From positions 20,770,001-20,834,000 of the forward strand of contig NC_043022.1 in the NCBI RefSeq assembly GCF_006345805.1: a stretch of 64,000 bases of DNA, given 5' to 3'. Below the pieces are notes generated by a model, which saw only the letters and a program-made list of their open reading frames with translations, did not search any database and was not told where the DNA came from. This stretch comes from Octopus sinensis (taxonomy: Eukaryota). A program made the position numbers and the translations under genes. Of this stretch, positions 63,139 through 64,000 are shown in pieces (the first letter of the stretch is position 1; each line of letters starts with the position of its first letter).

Positions 63139-64000
63139 CTACGTAAAAGAGAAAATAAAATTTAAAACTAAATCAGTTACAGATTTTATATTTGGATAAA
63201 AATACAAAAGTCAATAACTAACAATAAATACAAAATCAAAAACGGCGGTGCATCAGCATGGCCGCAGCTCTGAGCTGAAACTAAAAAAAAAAAAAAACTA
63301 AAATGCTAATCAATAAAATCCTTGCAATAAATAAATTTATTACAATAGGCACAGGAGTGGCTGTGTGGTAAGTAGCTTGTTTACCAACCACATGGTTCCG
63401 GGTTCAGTCCCACTGCGTGGCACCTTGGGCAAGTGTCTTCTTCTATAGCCTTGGGCCGACCAAAGCCTTGTCAGTGGATTTGTAGGCGGAAACTGAAAGA
63501 AGCCCGTCGTATATATGTGTGTGCGTGTATGTTTGTGTGTCTGTGTTTGTCCCCCTAGCATTGTTTGACAACCAATGCTGGTGTGTTTATGTCCCCGTCA
63601 CTTAGCAGTTCGGCAAAAGAGACTGATAGAATAAGTACTGGGCTTACAAAGAATAAGTCCCGGGGTCGATTTGCTCGACTAAAGGTGGTGCTCCAGCATG
63701 GCCGCAGTCAACTGACTGAAACAAGTAAAAGAGTAAAGAGAGGCATGGCTGTGTGAAGGTTCAGGCATGGGCGTGTGGCCAGAAGTTTGTTTCCCAACCA
63801 CTTGGTTCCCGGTTCAGTTCCAGAGCATAGCACCTTGAGCAAATGTCTTTTCAATGCCTTGGGCTGGCCAAAATATTGCGAGTGAATCTGATAGACAGAA
63901 ACTGAAAGAAGCCTGTTGTGTGTGTGTGTGTATGTGTGTGTGTAGGTGCAGGCGTAGCTGTGAGGTAAGAACTTTGCTTCCCAGCCACTAAGTTCCAGGT

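Overview
64 kb of repeat-dense animal genomic DNA. The SINE families and microsatellite load suggest a coleoid cephalopod, probably Octopus (inference). Three spliced genes can be reconstructed by hand, all on the minus strand with canonical GT-AG junctions and consistent phases: a 5' portion of a CCDC30-like coiled-coil gene (exons 24786->3667, continuing beyond what I can place), a complete 7-exon SRPRB (52750->40213, 264 aa), and the 3' two exons of a ZNHIT3-like gene whose linker is expanded by 30-bp repeats. Introns and intergenic DNA hold several tRNA-derived SINE families, RTE/CR1/R4/Penelope retrotransposon fragments, Helitron pieces, many MITEs with readable TIRs and TSDs, and a tRNA-Arg(ACG)-derived pseudogene. 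The main unexpected signal is a set of at least five unrelated type I hammerhead-ribozyme (HHR) families, 13 motif copies counting degenerate ones. They include a ~600-nt-monomer tandem array (1-1750), a TSD-flanked 246-nt-period element whose HHR core has the C3-G8 pair swapped to G3-C8 (49311-49706), and an 871-bp tandem whose inverted arm starts at the HHR cleavage site (52986-54680). These look like retrozyme or Penelope-dependent self-cleaving retroelements. All folds were made by eye and no activity is shown. Copy-to-copy differences are mostly 1-nt indels typical of long-read error, so tandem copy numbers need read-level validation. SINE and low-complexity boundaries are approximate.
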